From Bacteroidales bacterium (lineage in GTDB: Bacteria > Bacteroidota > Bacteroidia > Bacteroidales > JAADJA01), in the NCBI GenBank assembly GCA_020438135.1, contig JAGQVF010000083.1:4415-68414 (forward strand): a stretch of DNA of 64,000 nucleotides, read 5' to 3'. A program made the position numbers and the translations under genes. Below the pieces are notes generated by a model. That model saw nothing but the letters and a program-made list of their open reading frames with translations, was not told the origin of the DNA and searched no databases. Positions 16,705 through 24,972 of the stretch are shown in pieces (position 1 is the stretch's first letter; each line of letters opens with the position of its first letter).

Positions 16705-18396
16705 CTACTTTTTAAGTAACTTCTTACTTACAGTTCCATTCCCTGTTTTTATCGTTAAAAAGTAAATTCCTTCGCGAAGATTACTGAACCCATTCATTTT
16801 TATGTGTGTATTGGCTTTCAGAATGGTATCGTACTTGCGCGAATAAACGATTCTTCCAGAGATATCAGATATGGTAATGGAAAGAATTTTTTCATGTTCC
16901 CTGCCGGCTGACAATTTTATTTCATTTCTGAAAGGATTTGGTGAAACAACAATCTGGCGTTGTGTGATGGTCTCCGAATCAATTGAAGTCGGAAGCATCA
17001 GGTGTGCTTCAAGGTAATCAGGAATGCCATAGCCCAATTGATTATTCGGATTATTGGCCAGTGTAGCACTTTCCTGGATAGCTTCCATGATTTCTGTATT
17101 TCGTGCATTGGGATTGGCTTGCCATAAACAGGCTACCATACCTGCCGTAATCGGTGAAGAGAATGAAGTTCCGCTCCCGTTAGATACCGAACCTCCCCAG
17201 GGTTCAATCAAGGCCGATCCCTGACCCTGTGCTACAACATTGGGTTTGAAACGCCCATCTGCAGTCGGTCCTGTTGAACTAAAGTTTGCATAGTTTCCGC
17301 TCCCGGTAACTGCCCCAATGCTAAAAACACTGTCGCCATCAGCCGGAGCACCGATGTATTGCCATGGGTCACCGCCACTGTTGCCTGCACTGTTTACTAC
17401 GATCATACCTTTGCTTACAGCCATGTCAGCACCTATCGTGATTGGAGTTGTATTACCATCCATATCGCTGTATGTATGGTTTTGTGAAGGATCGTCAAAC
17501 TCAGTATAACCAAGTGATGAATTGATAATATCAGCACCCACACTATCTGCAAATTCAGCCGCCGAAACCCAGTTTAATTCTTCGATAAGTGTTTCCGAAT
17601 CGCCATCTTCTGATCGAAGTAACCAATAATCGGCCATGGGTGCTGTTCCAACCAATTGTCCCGGAAGATAGGCTCCCATCGTGCTTAAAACCATGGTTCC
17701 ATGTGAGTGCGATCCAAAAAGATTTGGATTCGTTGGATTGACAAAATCTTTGTATCCCAATATTTGTCCGTTACTCCAAAGGTTATCAAACGCTGAAATA
17801 TCATCGGCATTTAAAAAACCGGCATCCAGCACTGCTATGGTCATCCCTGCGCCATCATAACCTAAATCATGAAGAGCAATTCCATTTAACATTTCAATCT
17901 GGTTATAACCCTCACCATAATCATAGCTTTTACCGGCCGTTGTTTTTTTTAGTGATCCGGTTTCAGGAATGCCGGATATCGTTTCATTGGCAAAAAATGG
18001 CTTTTCAAATTTATCCCCTGACTTCAGCTTATTTCCTGAACTTTTATCCACTGAAACCACATGTGGCAACGCTTCAATCTGAGCAATTTTTGATGGATCG
18101 GTAGTGTAGATGGTAATCGAATTAAACCATTTTGAAGTATTCAGTAGCGTGACTCCTAAATCAGTAACACTTTGAATGTATGCCGGATTAACAGGTAAGT
18201 CACTCGTAGTAAGTGGTATTTCGAACTTCGCCCTTCGTTGAATCGCTTTCTCCGATAAAAACTCCTCCGGATTATTGATTGAATAAGGTGAATTATCCTT
18301 ATCTGTAAATTTTACCCAATATTTATTTGGTGAAACCTGGGCAAAAAGAATGCCCGATATAAAAATCGCAAAAATGAGTGTAAAAGTTGTTTTCAT
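16705..18396 (-). CDS. Subtilisin-like S8 serine peptidase with T9SS type-A C-terminal sorting domain
   Basis: Signal peptide. Catalytic triad contexts are IAVLDAGF (Asp), HGTMVLS (His) and GTSFSSPITAG (Ser). The C-terminal domain reads VVSPNPFRNEIKLS...GIYFLTIKTGNGTVSKKLLKK. Confidence 0.9.
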   Translation of the reverse strand: MKTTFTLIFAIFISGILFAQVSPNKYWVKFTDKDNSPYSINNPEEFLSEKAIQRRAKFEIPLTTSDLPVNPAYIQSVTDLGVTLLNTSKWFNSITIYTTDPSKIAQIEALPHVVSVDKSSGNKLKSGDKFEKPFFANETISGIPETGSLKKTTAGKSYDYGEGYNQIEMLNGIALHDLGYDGAGMTIAVLDAGFLNADDISAFDNLWSNGQILGYKDFVNPTNPNLFGSHSHGTMVLSTMGAYLPGQLVGTAPMADYWLLRSEDGDSETLIEELNWVSAAEFADSVGADIINSSLGYTEFDDPSQNHTYSDMDGNTTPITIGADMAVSKGMIVVNSAGNSGGDPWQYIGAPADGDSVFSIGAVTGSGNYANFSSTGPTADGRFKPNVVAQGQGSALIEPWGGSVSNGSGTSFSSPITAGMVACLWQANPNARNTEIMEAIQESATLANNPNNQLGYGIPDYLEAHLMLPTSIDSETITQRQIVVSPNPFRNEIKLSAGREHEKILSITISDISGRIVYSRKYDTILKANTHIKMNGFSNLREGIYFLTIKTGNGTVSKKLLKK

Positions 18397-18746
18397 TGTA
18401 AGATAATATTTTTAACAAAAGTAATATTAAACCTGAGATAAGTGATTATTTCTATGTAACGACCCGAAGACAATTCAAATTATATTTCTGTTGCGTTGCT
18501 TGCGTAATGAATTTTTAACAGAGGCACAACTCATTTGTTCAGAATCGAATAAATACGGTCTATATTCGCCGACAAAATGAATTTATCATCATAAGCCGGA
18601 AGGTGCCGTAGTAATGAGAATCTGACCAATCTGTTTCAATATAAAAGTTTCTATATTGCAATTTGGATTTTAAATGGCAATGAATATAGCGGACTGCCGA
18701 AATCCATACGGGTTGAAACATGGATCATAATTAGGCGATAGTTTGT

Positions 18747-18754
18747 TACTTTTG
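18747..18754 (+). promoter_or_regulatory. Bacteroidetes-type -7 box TACTTTTG
   Basis: Matches TAnnTTTG, 15 nt upstream of the trmD ATG (18769). Confidence 0.45.
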
Positions 18755-18768
18755 TTTAAAATTATGAT

Positions 18769-19449
18769 ATGCACATCGATATTCTTACCATATTTCCCGA
18801 AATGTTTCATGGGGTTTTTTCGCAGTCCATTATCAAAAGGTCAAGAGAAAAGGACCTTGTAACCATACGTATGATAGATATCCGGGATTTTGCAACCAAT
18901 AAACATAAGCGGGTTGATGATTATCAGTATGGGGGTGGTGCCGGAATGGTGATGATGATCGAACCGATTTCTGCATGCATTGAACACCTGCAAAAAGAAA
19001 AAACTTACGATGACATTATTTTTATGACTCCTGATGGCGAATTGTTTGATCAGCAGGCAGCGAACAGGCATTCGCTTCAAAACAATATCATGATCTTGTG
19101 CGGACATTATAAAGGGATTGATGAACGCATCCGCGAGCATTATATCACAAAAGAAATTTCTGTTGGCGATTATGTATTGTCAGGTGGTGAAGTTGCCGCA
19201 ATGGCTTTTACTGATGCAGTGGTTCGACTGATACCAGGTGTATTGAACGATGAAACCTCGGCTTTGTCCGATTCATTTCAGGACGGAATGCTTTCAGCAC
19301 CTGTTTACACCCGTCCTTCGGAATTCAGAGGAATGAGAGTCCCGGATGTATTGCTTTCAGGTAATGATAAAGAAATTGAGAACTGGCGTTTGCAAAAGGC
19401 TATTGAGAGAACCCATGAAAGACGACCGGGTTTGATGGATAAGGAATAA
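18769..19449 (+). CDS. trmD: tRNA (guanine37-N1)-methyltransferase
   Basis: MHIDILTIFPEMF...RVDDYQYGGGAGMVM...CGHYKGIDERI...SVGDYVLSGGE is the canonical TrmD pattern. Confidence 0.95.
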   Translation: MHIDILTIFPEMFHGVFSQSIIKRSREKDLVTIRMIDIRDFATNKHKRVDDYQYGGGAGMVMMIEPISACIEHLQKEKTYDDIIFMTPDGELFDQQAANRHSLQNNIMILCGHYKGIDERIREHYITKEISVGDYVLSGGEVAAMAFTDAVVRLIPGVLNDETSALSDSFQDGMLSAPVYTRPSEFRGMRVPDVLLSGNDKEIENWRLQKAIERTHERRPGLMDKE

Positions 19450-19459
19450 AATTCTTATG

Positions 19460-22294
19460 CTAATTTTTGATACACCTCAGGTTTTGACCATATTCACCAC
19501 TTTGCTTTTTCCTTCTTACCGATGTTAAATTATAACTGAGACTTCTTGTGATGGTTTGTCCAGGCAACCAGGTTGGGGTTGATGTGAAAAATTGGGCATA
19601 CATCCCGGTACCTTCCAGCTGGCCCGTATTGAAATCGTAATAACCACCCGGTATTGCCGAAAATCCAAACTGGTTGGATGCTCCGTTATTGGGCTGCATC
19701 CACAAATCGGATATGGCTTTAAATTTGCCTCCTGCATCAATACCACGGTATCCATAAGCATCACAAATCACCGTATCACTATCAATATAATTTTCCAAAA
19801 CGCACCATTCAGAATCAGAGGGAATGTGCCAGCCCTCGGGACAAATTCCCTGAATGCCTTCTGTCTCAGTATAGTTCATGATTTCACTCCATTGATAGCT
19901 GGCACCAAAGATTTCGCAATTAGCTTCAAGGTTATCAAGGCAATATTTTTCGATGATGTCGTTATCGGATTGATCTTCACCCAACGGAATTAAATTACCA
20001 TGGTTCAGATTTTCAGCCATCCAGCACTGAAACCCGATCATTACTGTGGAGTAGCTTTGACCGTCCCTCGAGTCGGTAAGGGCATCTCCGCAAACCCAGT
20101 TGCCGGGAGGAGTATAAACCGGCAAATTGGATCCCTTTCCGCTATTTTGCTTCCAGATGGTTTCGTAATCATCCATATCAACCATACCATCGAGGTTGTA
20201 ATCTGCCTGTAAGTAACCTGTTTGACCAATTTGTGTCAGCCAGGTCTCATTCTTATCTTCATTATCGATTTGTTGATCAGCATTGCCGTTGGCAGGGATC
20301 ATCCCCCAAAAACCTCCCGGCAATTCAACCAATGATTTTTTCCCACCATATACCTTTTCAGGTTCAAGAATGAAATTATAGTCTGTAATCCCTGAATCAT
20401 TCAGTATCGAAAAAGCACTCATAATTGCAAGGTGATTACGGTGTTGAATCACCAGGTATAAACTGTCAGTAAAGGAACCTGTAAAAACCGGCTTTCTGAA
20501 ACCAGATGTGTCTACAAGTGATCCATCGGACTTAAGCAGCACAGGAAAACGAAATATTACAGTCGAGTCAACTGCCTCTTCTGCATTTGGAGCATTTCTG
20601 TATTCAAGCAATAACCAATCAACAACATCCTCCGGTAAGTTGTCGAGACTTTCGATTCCGTTATAATTCCAGGGATCATCGCTAAATGGTTGTGATAATG
20701 GAATGAGATTGTTCTGATTTAATACAGGATTCATGAGTGCACCTTCAGCTCCACCGGCAAGCAAAACAGTTCCGCTTAACTGGTTTGAAGGGCCATTGAA
20801 TTTATTCGATTCGATAGCTCCCATATCTATTGTATCGTTATCAATCCTGGGCCTGCCGGCAATATCCACCTCAATTTCAGAAATGAAAAACGGATCACCG
20901 GCGTTTCTGCAGGGACTGGTTTCTGATAAATCTTCAGGATAAAATCCATCATTGATAAACAAAGGATCTGAATCGATATTTCCGTTTCCAGGAAATCCGT
21001 TCATAACATCTGAGTAAGTGATGTTAAACAGCCCTGAAGCATCCCATATTTGATCATTTACATTGTTATAAACAATGCTGTTGGTTAAAGTAAGAGGTAC
21101 ATACATTTGTGATTCAAGACAATACACAGCACTGCCCGATTGGGTAGCTTCGTTTTCCACAATGGTTAAATTTGACATAGTGGATGAACTGGTTACATCA
21201 TAAAGATACATTCCACCTCCAAAGGTTGATGCCTGGTTATTTTTTATCAGCAGATTGTAGAATCCACTCTGAATGGCACCATTGTAATTGCTCAGATCGG
21301 AATAAATTCCACCTCCTTTTTGGGCCTGATTATTTTGGATTGTTGAATTTATCAAGATCAAACCTCCGTTTCCGATGTGATAAATTCCACCTCCTGAATT
21401 TGTTGCTGCATTATTTGCTATTGTCGAATTCAGGATTTTTACAGAACCGTTATAAGAATTGGCTGCCCTTATTCCACCTCCGTTGCTGCCGAGATTATTA
21501 CGCACAATGCAGTTATGTAATTCGCAGAAATCGGAGGCAATGATGCCCCCGCCAATAGATCCGGGGTTTCCATTTGCCAGGAGTACTATGTTCGTTATCG
21601 GTTTCGGAAAAGATTCGTATGAAATATATAATCCTCCCTGAAAATTATTTTTTATCAAACCGTTTTTTACAGAAGCGTTTGATCCCTGTCCTAAGTATAA
21701 TCCGTAAGTTGCATTATTCAGTGTTTGGAAATTGGAGATGTCAGTTGTAAAATAGCCAGCATTGGCTATCCCGATACCTGCAGCTCCATTATTTCTGCTC
21801 GTTACATGTTCCATTGAAAGATTTCCCCAGTCTGTAAAAATGCCATTGAAACGATTAAAACGAAATTCGGAATATTGCACGTTCAGATAGTTGAACCCCT
21901 GGAAAAACAACCCATCCAGTTTGCTGTATTCAACAATTGCATAACTAATTTCAGCACTTTTGCTGTAGCTATCCATATCCCAGATACCAAACCAACCGGT
22001 GTGTGAATTATTAAAATAGCCGGTTGTGTCGGCAACAGTAAATTTCACACTATCGCCGGGTAATCCATTAACGATCAGGTGTCCCATCACCTGTAATCCG
22101 TAAAAATCCTGAAATACGACTTCAACACCCGCATGTATGATCAATGTGTCGTTCGGATGAATAACGATATCTGTTTGCACCAGGTAAGGGCTTCCATTGC
22201 TGGTCCAGCTACCCTCAACACTTGAATTGTTTACATTGGTTTGCGCTGTTAATATCAGGGGTAATAAAAGGCAGTAGAGTAAGATTTGTTTCAT
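19460..22294 (-). CDS. Secreted multidomain protein: right-handed beta-helix repeats, dockerin-like EF-hand pair, C-terminal FISUMP (Fibrobacter succinogenes major paralogous) domain
   Basis: Signal peptide. Repeated GGGIY / NSGGGIYH beta-helix turns. Dockerin-like segments NGNADQQIDNEDK and ADYNLDGMVDMDDYETIW. The C-terminus reads FQCWMAENLN...CPEGWHIPSDSEW...FGFSAIPGGY...AQFFTST. Confidence 0.8.
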   Translation of the reverse strand: MKQILLYCLLLPLILTAQTNVNNSSVEGSWTSNGSPYLVQTDIVIHPNDTLIIHAGVEVVFQDFYGLQVMGHLIVNGLPGDSVKFTVADTTGYFNNSHTGWFGIWDMDSYSKSAEISYAIVEYSKLDGLFFQGFNYLNVQYSEFRFNRFNGIFTDWGNLSMEHVTSRNNGAAGIGIANAGYFTTDISNFQTLNNATYGLYLGQGSNASVKNGLIKNNFQGGLYISYESFPKPITNIVLLANGNPGSIGGGIIASDFCELHNCIVRNNLGSNGGGIRAANSYNGSVKILNSTIANNAATNSGGGIYHIGNGGLILINSTIQNNQAQKGGGIYSDLSNYNGAIQSGFYNLLIKNNQASTFGGGMYLYDVTSSSTMSNLTIVENEATQSGSAVYCLESQMYVPLTLTNSIVYNNVNDQIWDASGLFNITYSDVMNGFPGNGNIDSDPLFINDGFYPEDLSETSPCRNAGDPFFISEIEVDIAGRPRIDNDTIDMGAIESNKFNGPSNQLSGTVLLAGGAEGALMNPVLNQNNLIPLSQPFSDDPWNYNGIESLDNLPEDVVDWLLLEYRNAPNAEEAVDSTVIFRFPVLLKSDGSLVDTSGFRKPVFTGSFTDSLYLVIQHRNHLAIMSAFSILNDSGITDYNFILEPEKVYGGKKSLVELPGGFWGMIPANGNADQQIDNEDKNETWLTQIGQTGYLQADYNLDGMVDMDDYETIWKQNSGKGSNLPVYTPPGNWVCGDALTDSRDGQSYSTVMIGFQCWMAENLNHGNLIPLGEDQSDNDIIEKYCLDNLEANCEIFGASYQWSEIMNYTETEGIQGICPEGWHIPSDSEWCVLENYIDSDTVICDAYGYRGIDAGGKFKAISDLWMQPNNGASNQFGFSAIPGGYYDFNTGQLEGTGMYAQFFTSTPTWLPGQTITRSLSYNLTSVRRKKQSGEYGQNLRCIKN

Positions 22295-22383
22295 TAAGCA
22301 CGAGTAAATAATGAGTAAAAAGGAAGATTAGCGTAAAAATAGTAATTATTAAACAGATTAAAAATAACTGGTTATGAAAGCAC

Positions 22384-22411
22384 AAAAAAAACCGGGATTT
22401 TAGTTCCCGGT
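22384..22411 (-). terminator. Rho-independent terminator downstream of rny
   Basis: The - strand reads ACCGGGA-actaaaa-TCCCGGT followed by T8 (the A-run 22384..22391 on the + strand). It begins 20 nt after the rny stop. Confidence 0.75.
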
Positions 22412-22430
22412 CTCCTTGTTTTATGCTGGA

Positions 22431-23969
22431 TTATTTTGCATAACTGATCGCTCTCGTTTCCCTGATAACAGTAATTTTAATCTGTCCGGGATAGGTCATT
22501 TCATCCTGAATCTTTTTGGAAAGATCATATGAAATTTTAGAGGCATCGGTATCGTTGATTTTATCTGCTCCTACAATCACACGTAATTCGCGACCTGCCT
22601 GAATTGCATAAGTTTTAATGACGCCGGGATAGGTAAGTGCCAGTTCTTCCAGTTTGTTGAGCCGCTGGATATACGCCTCCACAACTTCACGTCGTGCACC
22701 CGGCCGGGCTCCACTAATGGCATCACATACCTGGACTACAGGAGCAATAAGGTTGTCCATTTCAACTTCATCATGGTGTGCACCAATGGCATTACACACT
22801 TCAGGTTTTTCCTTAAATTTTTCTGCCAGTTTCATACCATGCAGAGCGTGGGGCAGTTCCGGTTCATTGTCGGGCACCTTGCCAATATCATGAAGTAAAC
22901 CTGCACGTTTGGCAAGCTTGGGATTCAGCCCTAATTCAGCTGCCATGGTAGCGCAGAGATTGGCTACTTCTTTGGAGTGTTGCAGGAGATTTTGGCCATA
23001 TGACGATCTGTATTTCATTTTACCCACCATTCTGATCAGCTCGTGATGCATGCCGTGAATACCCAGATCAATGGTTGCTCTTTTCCCGGCTTCGACGATG
23101 TCTTGTTCGATCTGTTTTTTTGTTTTCATCACTACCTCTTCAATACGGGCAGGGTGGATACGTCCGTCGGTAACCAGTTTATGCAGTGCCTGCCGGGCAA
23201 CTTCACGGCGAACCGGGTCAAATGAGGATAAAATGATGGCATCAGGAGAATCGTCGATAATGATCTCAACACCGGTAAGAGCTTCAAGCGTGCGGATGTT
23301 ACGTCCTTCACGGCCAATGATCCGTCCTTTTATTTCATCGTTTTCGATGTTAAAAACCGAAACAGAGTTTTCGATAGCATGTTCGGTGGCTGTCCGCTGA
23401 ATGGTTTCAATAACGATTTTTTTTGCTTCGCGATTGGCAGTTATTTTTGCCTCATCAACAATATCGGAGATGTGCATGATGGCCTCTGATTTTGCTTCGT
23501 CTTTCAACGTTTCAATCAATTGAGCCTTGGCTTCGGATGCAGACAACCCGGAAATAGCTTCAAGAGCTTCTACCTGTTTTTTAGTTGACTTTTCTAATTC
23601 AATTTGTTTTTTGTTAACCAGATCGAGTTGTGCATTCAGGTTTTCGCGAATGCTGTCCACTTCTTTTTGCCGTCTTTTTAATTCTTCCTGTTTCTGGGCA
23701 AATACACTTTCCTTCTGTTTCAGCCTGTTTTCATTCTGTGCGATCCTCGAATTTTTCTCATTGATGATCTTTTCGTGTTCTGATTTAAGTTGAAGAAATT
23801 TCTCCTTCGCCTGTAAGATCTTTTCCTTTTTGATGACCTCCCCCTTCTCCTGTGCCTCTTTGATGATGTTCTCGCTCTTCTTTTCAATTTTCTTCCGAAG
23901 AATGGTACTGGTGATGAGGAAACCAAGGACTAGACCTGCTACGCCGATAATAATGTCTATTATGTCCAT
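22431..23969 (-). CDS. rny: Ribonuclease Y
   Basis: N-terminal TM helix [18 protein letters not shown], a coiled coil, a KH domain ([13 protein letters not shown]) and an HD domain (LLHDIGK). I prefer the ATG at 23969. The ORF-track extension to 24029 translates the stem and T-run of the upstream RNA element. Confidence 0.9.
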   Translation of the reverse strand: MDIIDIIIGVAGLVLGFLITSTILRKKIEKKSENIIKEAQEKGEVIKKEKILQAKEKFLQLKSEHEKIINEKNSRIAQNENRLKQKESVFAQKQEELKRRQKEVDSIRENLNAQLDLVNKKQIELEKSTKKQVEALEAISGLSASEAKAQLIETLKDEAKSEAIMHISDIVDEAKITANREAKKIVIETIQRTATEHAIENSVSVFNIENDEIKGRIIGREGRNIRTLEALTGVEIIIDDSPDAIILSSFDPVRREVARQALHKLVTDGRIHPARIEEVVMKTKKQIEQDIVEAGKRATIDLGIHGMHHELIRMVGKMKYRSSYGQNLLQHSKEVANLCATMAAELGLNPKLAKRAGLLHDIGKVPDNEPELPHALHGMKLAEKFKEKPEVCNAIGAHHDEVEMDNLIAPVVQVCDAISGARPGARREVVEAYIQRLNKLEELALTYPGVIKTYAIQAGRELRVIVGADKINDTDASKISYDLSKKIQDEMTYPGQIKITVIRETRAISYAK

Positions 23970-24004
23970 TTTCCTGAGATTTAAGTTGAGAAGGTGATGT
24001 GAGT

Positions 24005-24219
24005 AAAAAAAAGAACCCGCATTATTCAAGGAGTTTAGTAAACCCCGATACTGTACGTTTAGGGTAGCCAGGTTTTTCGAACTTCCACTGTTTCTGAGCT
24101 AACAGAAATTCCTGGTGCGAACATCAGGATTGAGGCCTGTCCTACAAACCGTTGAGCATTCCCTTAAGTTTGTAATGTTGAGTTTACAAACGAATTTTGA
24201 ATGAATGCGGGTATGTTTT
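24005..24219 (-). ncRNA. Candidate structured RNA (~210 nt), 6S-like rod topology; 5' end uncertain
   Basis: The inverted repeat acccgcatt-attcaa (24015..24029) and ttgaatgaatgcgggt (24197..24212) forms a 15-bp closing stem with one bulge. On the - strand this is followed by T8 (24005..24012). Further collinear pairings occur inward: gttt/aaac, taaac/gttta, aggg/ccct, ggttt/aaacc. It lies directly downstream of zapA on the same strand. Confidence 0.4.
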
Positions 24220-24267
24220 ACCGGGATGATACCGGGAACTGTATTTTAAAGAACGTGACTTTCAGCA

Positions 24268-24555
24268 CTAATTCGCAATGTCTGGTAATTTTTCTTCAAT
24301 ATCAGTTAACTCACTTATTAATTTGTCGAAGCTTTCCTTTTTCATGCCATCTGTTTGTAAATAATTGATTGCATTTTCAAGGGCAACCATAGCCAGTAAG
24401 TCTTGTTTGTCGTTATAGGCAAAGTTTTGTGCATAATTCTTGACCTTCTTATTGATGTCGCCGGCAGCTTTTCTTGTCATCTCTTCTTCATCCCGCTTAA
24501 CTGTTAATCGGTAAGACCGGTCGGCAATCACCACTGATATTGTTAATTCATCCAT
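24268..24555 (-). CDS. zapA: Cell division protein ZapA
   Basis: 95 aa. LTISVVIADRSYRLTVKRDEEEMTRKAAGDINKKV...LLAMVALENAINYL is the typical ZapA pattern. Confidence 0.8.
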   Translation of the reverse strand: MDELTISVVIADRSYRLTVKRDEEEMTRKAAGDINKKVKNYAQNFAYNDKQDLLAMVALENAINYLQTDGMKKESFDKLISELTDIEEKLPDIAN

Positions 24556-24579
24556 CCTTTGAGCGTTGCGAATCGTTTG

Positions 24580-24867
24580 CTATTTGTTTAAAAGTCCTAT
24601 ACATCTGTCTATTTCCCGCACCATCTCGTCGATTCTTTTCTTTACGTCAGATTTTCCTTCTGCTTGTTTAACTAATTGAGCTAATACTAAATTACTTCTT
24701 TCTTTTTTTAAGTCTTCAATAATCTTTTTTTGATTGCTGATGGTCAGTGAATGATCTTGTAATTTGTTTTTCAGAATTTCATTTTCATCACGAATTGAAT
24801 TATATGCCTGAATCAGCTTTTCAACTTTTGTGTTAATCCTGAAAACCAACTCATTGATATCATCCAT
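24580..24867 (-). CDS. Coiled-coil protein upstream of zapA (ZapB-like by position and composition)
   Basis: 95 aa counted from the ATG at 24867, heptad-rich throughout. The ORF-track GTG at 24882 is less likely given the -7 box at 24897..24904. Confidence 0.6.
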   Translation of the reverse strand: MDDINELVFRINTKVEKLIQAYNSIRDENEILKNKLQDHSLTISNQKKIIEDLKKERSNLVLAQLVKQAEGKSDVKKRIDEMVREIDRCIGLLNK

Positions 24868-24896
24868 ATTTCTGTGACCCACTAACGATCAATCTG

Positions 24897-24904
24897 CAAA
24901 TGTA
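24897..24904 (-). promoter_or_regulatory. Bacteroidetes-type -7 box (TACATTTG on the - strand)
   Basis: The + strand reads caaatgta. It lies 30 nt upstream of the ATG at 24867. Confidence 0.4.
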
Positions 24905-24972
24905 TTTATTTGAATGTGCAAATCCAAGTTTTACTTTAAATATTTAAGTGAATCCATATGTTTAACTGAACA

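Noticed and set aside
18397-18768. SRP-RNA-like GCCGGAAGG (GGAA tetraloop) in the 372-bp gap upstream of trmD
   Set aside because: The flanks lack the conserved domain IV symmetric and asymmetric loops (no AGCAG on the 3' side) and do not form a long helix. I could not define any other structure or small ORF there.
23970-24029. 20-codon 5' extension of rny in the ORF track ([20 protein letters not shown])
   Set aside because: It translates the stem and T8 run of the upstream RNA element. RNase Y proteins begin with the TM helix, which starts at the ATG at 23969.
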